Shown here piece by piece: positions 62,161 through 64,000 of a DNA stretch of 64,000 bases. Location: assembly GCA_017447185.1 (NCBI GenBank), contig JAFSOC010000015.1, positions 184,672 through 248,671 on the forward strand, in the 5' to 3' direction. The notes under the pieces are model-generated. The model saw nothing but the letters and a program-made list of their open reading frames with translations. It was not told the DNA's origin and did not search any database. A program made the position numbers and the translations under genes. The stretch comes from Clostridia bacterium. GTDB lineage: Bacteria > Bacillota > Clostridia > Christensenellales > Aristaeellaceae. Within the stretch, counting starts at the first letter, position 1; every line of letters begins with the position of its first letter.

Positions 62161-64000
62161 CCGAATCTGCTGTAAACAATTCTTCAACGGGAAAGAATCC
62201 TGCGCGCAAGAATAAGATTATCGGCTGGTTCCGCACATCGGCATTCAAATGTGTGCTAATGGATGTGGTCACTTTTGCTCTTATTCTGATTATTTTCTTC
62301 CTGATTTGTGTTCCAAAGAAATACAATTTGTCTGTCGGATCCATTTCTCATGATACGATTAATGCCACGAAAGATGTTATAGACGAAGTAAGTACACAGG
62401 AAAAAAAGAACGCGGCTGCTGCGCTGGTGGAACCGACTTACCGCTTTCAGCAGGATGTCAAAGAAGAAGTGATGAACGCGTTAAACAGCACCTTCGCTGA
62501 ACTGCGGACGATCCAGCAATACGGGATTACACTTCGGAATGAAAACAATATGCGTCCCAATTCGTTCTCAGAAGAAGAAATTGCATATGCTATCAGTCTG
62601 CTTGGTGATTTGTCACTGAACCGGAACCAGATTGTTACGCTGCTTCGCGTCGACAACGAGCAGTTTGACAACATGGTCAGTACTGTAAAGACGGCTGTTG
62701 ACAATACAATGAATAACTCTTCAGTTCGTGAAGGCCAGGTCAATCAAGCCATTCAGACCATTATTCAGATTGTCGGATTTAAGGTTGATATTTCCCTGAC
62801 ACAGAATGTTCTGCCCACGGTTCTGCGCGCATGCATCAAGCCGAATATGATCATAGACCAGGAAGCCACTGATGAGGCGAGAAACAAAGCAATGGAATCG
62901 GTTGAACCTGTCGTTTATCTGATGGGACAGAATATTATACGCGAAGGAGACCGCGTAACTTACAGTCAGATGGAGATGCTTCGTCAGCTCGGACTGCTCA
63001 ATGATGATCACTATGATTTTTCTTCCTACTGGGGATCTCTGATTGCAGTTGTGATTTCCATGATGACTTTGTTTATCATGTTGCTGCTGCTGCGTCCGGA
63101 CGTTCTTACGAATGTCCGCCAGATGGCAGTTATCCTGCTGATCCTTTTTCTGTGCATCGGGCTTGCTGCGCTGACAAATCTGCTTCCCAGCATTTATGTT
63201 ATGCCTGTCGCACTCTGCGCAGCCCTTGGTACCGTTCTGATCGGATACAGGGTTGGAATTACGCTGACGGTTACGCTTACACTTCTTCTTGCTGCATTGA
63301 CGGCCGGAAACAATCAGTCATCCTTTTATGACGTTGCAATTATTTCTGTAATGACGCTATCTGAGAGTATGTTTACGATTTGGTTCCTGAAGGGACATCC
63401 GCAGCGTACCCGCGTGCTGCTTACAGGATTGTTTTCCGCCATCATTGGACTTGTAATTATCTTTGGTATGAAGCTCCTGACGTCTGCGGATTCCCTGAAC
63501 ACAATGGCAATTGTCGGATGGGCGGTCGGCGGCGGAATCCTGAGCGGGTTCCTTGCAGTTGCGCTCCAGCCGCTGTTTGAAATTGTATTCAGGCTGCCAA
63601 CACCAACCCGTCTGCTTGAACTGACCAATCCTTCACAGCCGCTGATGAAACGCTTGATGATTGAAGCCCCCGGCACATATCATCATTCAATCGTTGTAGC
63701 AAATCTTGCTGAATCCGCTGCCACCAGAATTAAGGCCAATTCATATCTGGCCCGGGCGGGAGCATATTATCACGATATCGGGAAACTGAAGCGTCCGATG
63801 TATTTCAAAGAGAATCAGATGGGAGAAAATCCCCATGAACATACAGATCCGTATGTATCTGCAGCGATTCTGATCAGTCATACAAAAGACGGTATGCTGT
63901 TGGCACAAAAAGAACACATTCCCCCGGAAATTCAGGATATTATCCTTCAGCATCACGGTGTAACGCCTGTAATGTACTTCTATCACAAAGCACTCCAGCT
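62157..64000 (+). CDS. pgpH: 7TM-HD phosphohydrolase, PgpH/YqfF-like c-di-AMP phosphodiesterase (3'-truncated, missing from the ORF track)
   Basis: manual translation from the ATGA overlap with phoH: TM, extracellular region, multi-TM block, then EAPGTYHHS, YYHDIGK..RPMYF.ENQ and QHHG. Confidence 0.88.
   Translation, partial: MTESAVNNSSTGKNPARKNKIIGWFRTSAFKCVLMDVVTFALILIIFFLICVPKKYNLSVGSISHDTINATKDVIDEVSTQEKKNAAAALVEPTYRFQQDVKEEVMNALNSTFAELRTIQQYGITLRNENNMRPNSFSEEEIAYAISLLGDLSLNRNQIVTLLRVDNEQFDNMVSTVKTAVDNTMNNSSVREGQVNQAIQTIIQIVGFKVDISLTQNVLPTVLRACIKPNMIIDQEATDEARNKAMESVEPVVYLMGQNIIREGDRVTYSQMEMLRQLGLLNDDHYDFSSYWGSLIAVVISMMTLFIMLLLLRPDVLTNVRQMAVILLILFLCIGLAALTNLLPSIYVMPVALCAALGTVLIGYRVGITLTVTLTLLLAALTAGNNQSSFYDVAIISVMTLSESMFTIWFLKGHPQRTRVLLTGLFSAIIGLVIIFGMKLLTSADSLNTMAIVGWAVGGGILSGFLAVALQPLFEIVFRLPTPTRLLELTNPSQPLMKRLMIEAPGTYHHSIVVANLAESAATRIKANSYLARAGAYYHDIGKLKRPMYFKENQMGENPHEHTDPYVSAAILISHTKDGMLLAQKEHIPPEIQDIILQHHGVTPVMYFYHKALQ

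Noticed and set aside
16069-64000. c-di-AMP-related genes (trkA/trkH, darA, pgpH) as one system
   Set aside because: They are spread over about 45 kb in separate operons, and darA-holB and phoH-pgpH are standard conserved contexts; no c-di-AMP riboswitch was seen upstream of trkA

Overview
A gene-dense, core-chromosome window from an anaerobic Clostridia-class firmicute. The sigH, glgCDA, GH5 cellulase and clostridial ferredoxin content fits a gut or rumen organism, which is an inference. It holds about 55 CDS (ppdK and a PgpH-like 7TM-HD gene are cut by the window edges), tmRNA, three tRNAs (Ser-GGA, Leu-GAG, Lys-CTT) and two T-box riboswitches. I saw no IS element, integrase, prophage or CRISPR array. 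The best candidate for an undescribed system is a Leu(CUG) T-box-controlled two-gene operon at 56762-61015 on the minus strand. It encodes a LeuA paralogue that has lost its catalytic motifs but kept the leucine-binding regulatory domain, translationally coupled to a TIM-barrel/acyl-CoA ligase fusion. I hypothesise it is a leucine-sensing isovalerate-activation module for leucine synthesis by reductive carboxylation. Other oddities are an L,D-transpeptidase fused to a degenerate CapA domain, an MreB paralogue lacking its catalytic glutamate, three tandem unknown exported proteins, a Tyr T-box controlling an aminotransferase-tyrS operon, and an apparent excess of CCGG. All family calls come from motif recognition by eye, not database searches.
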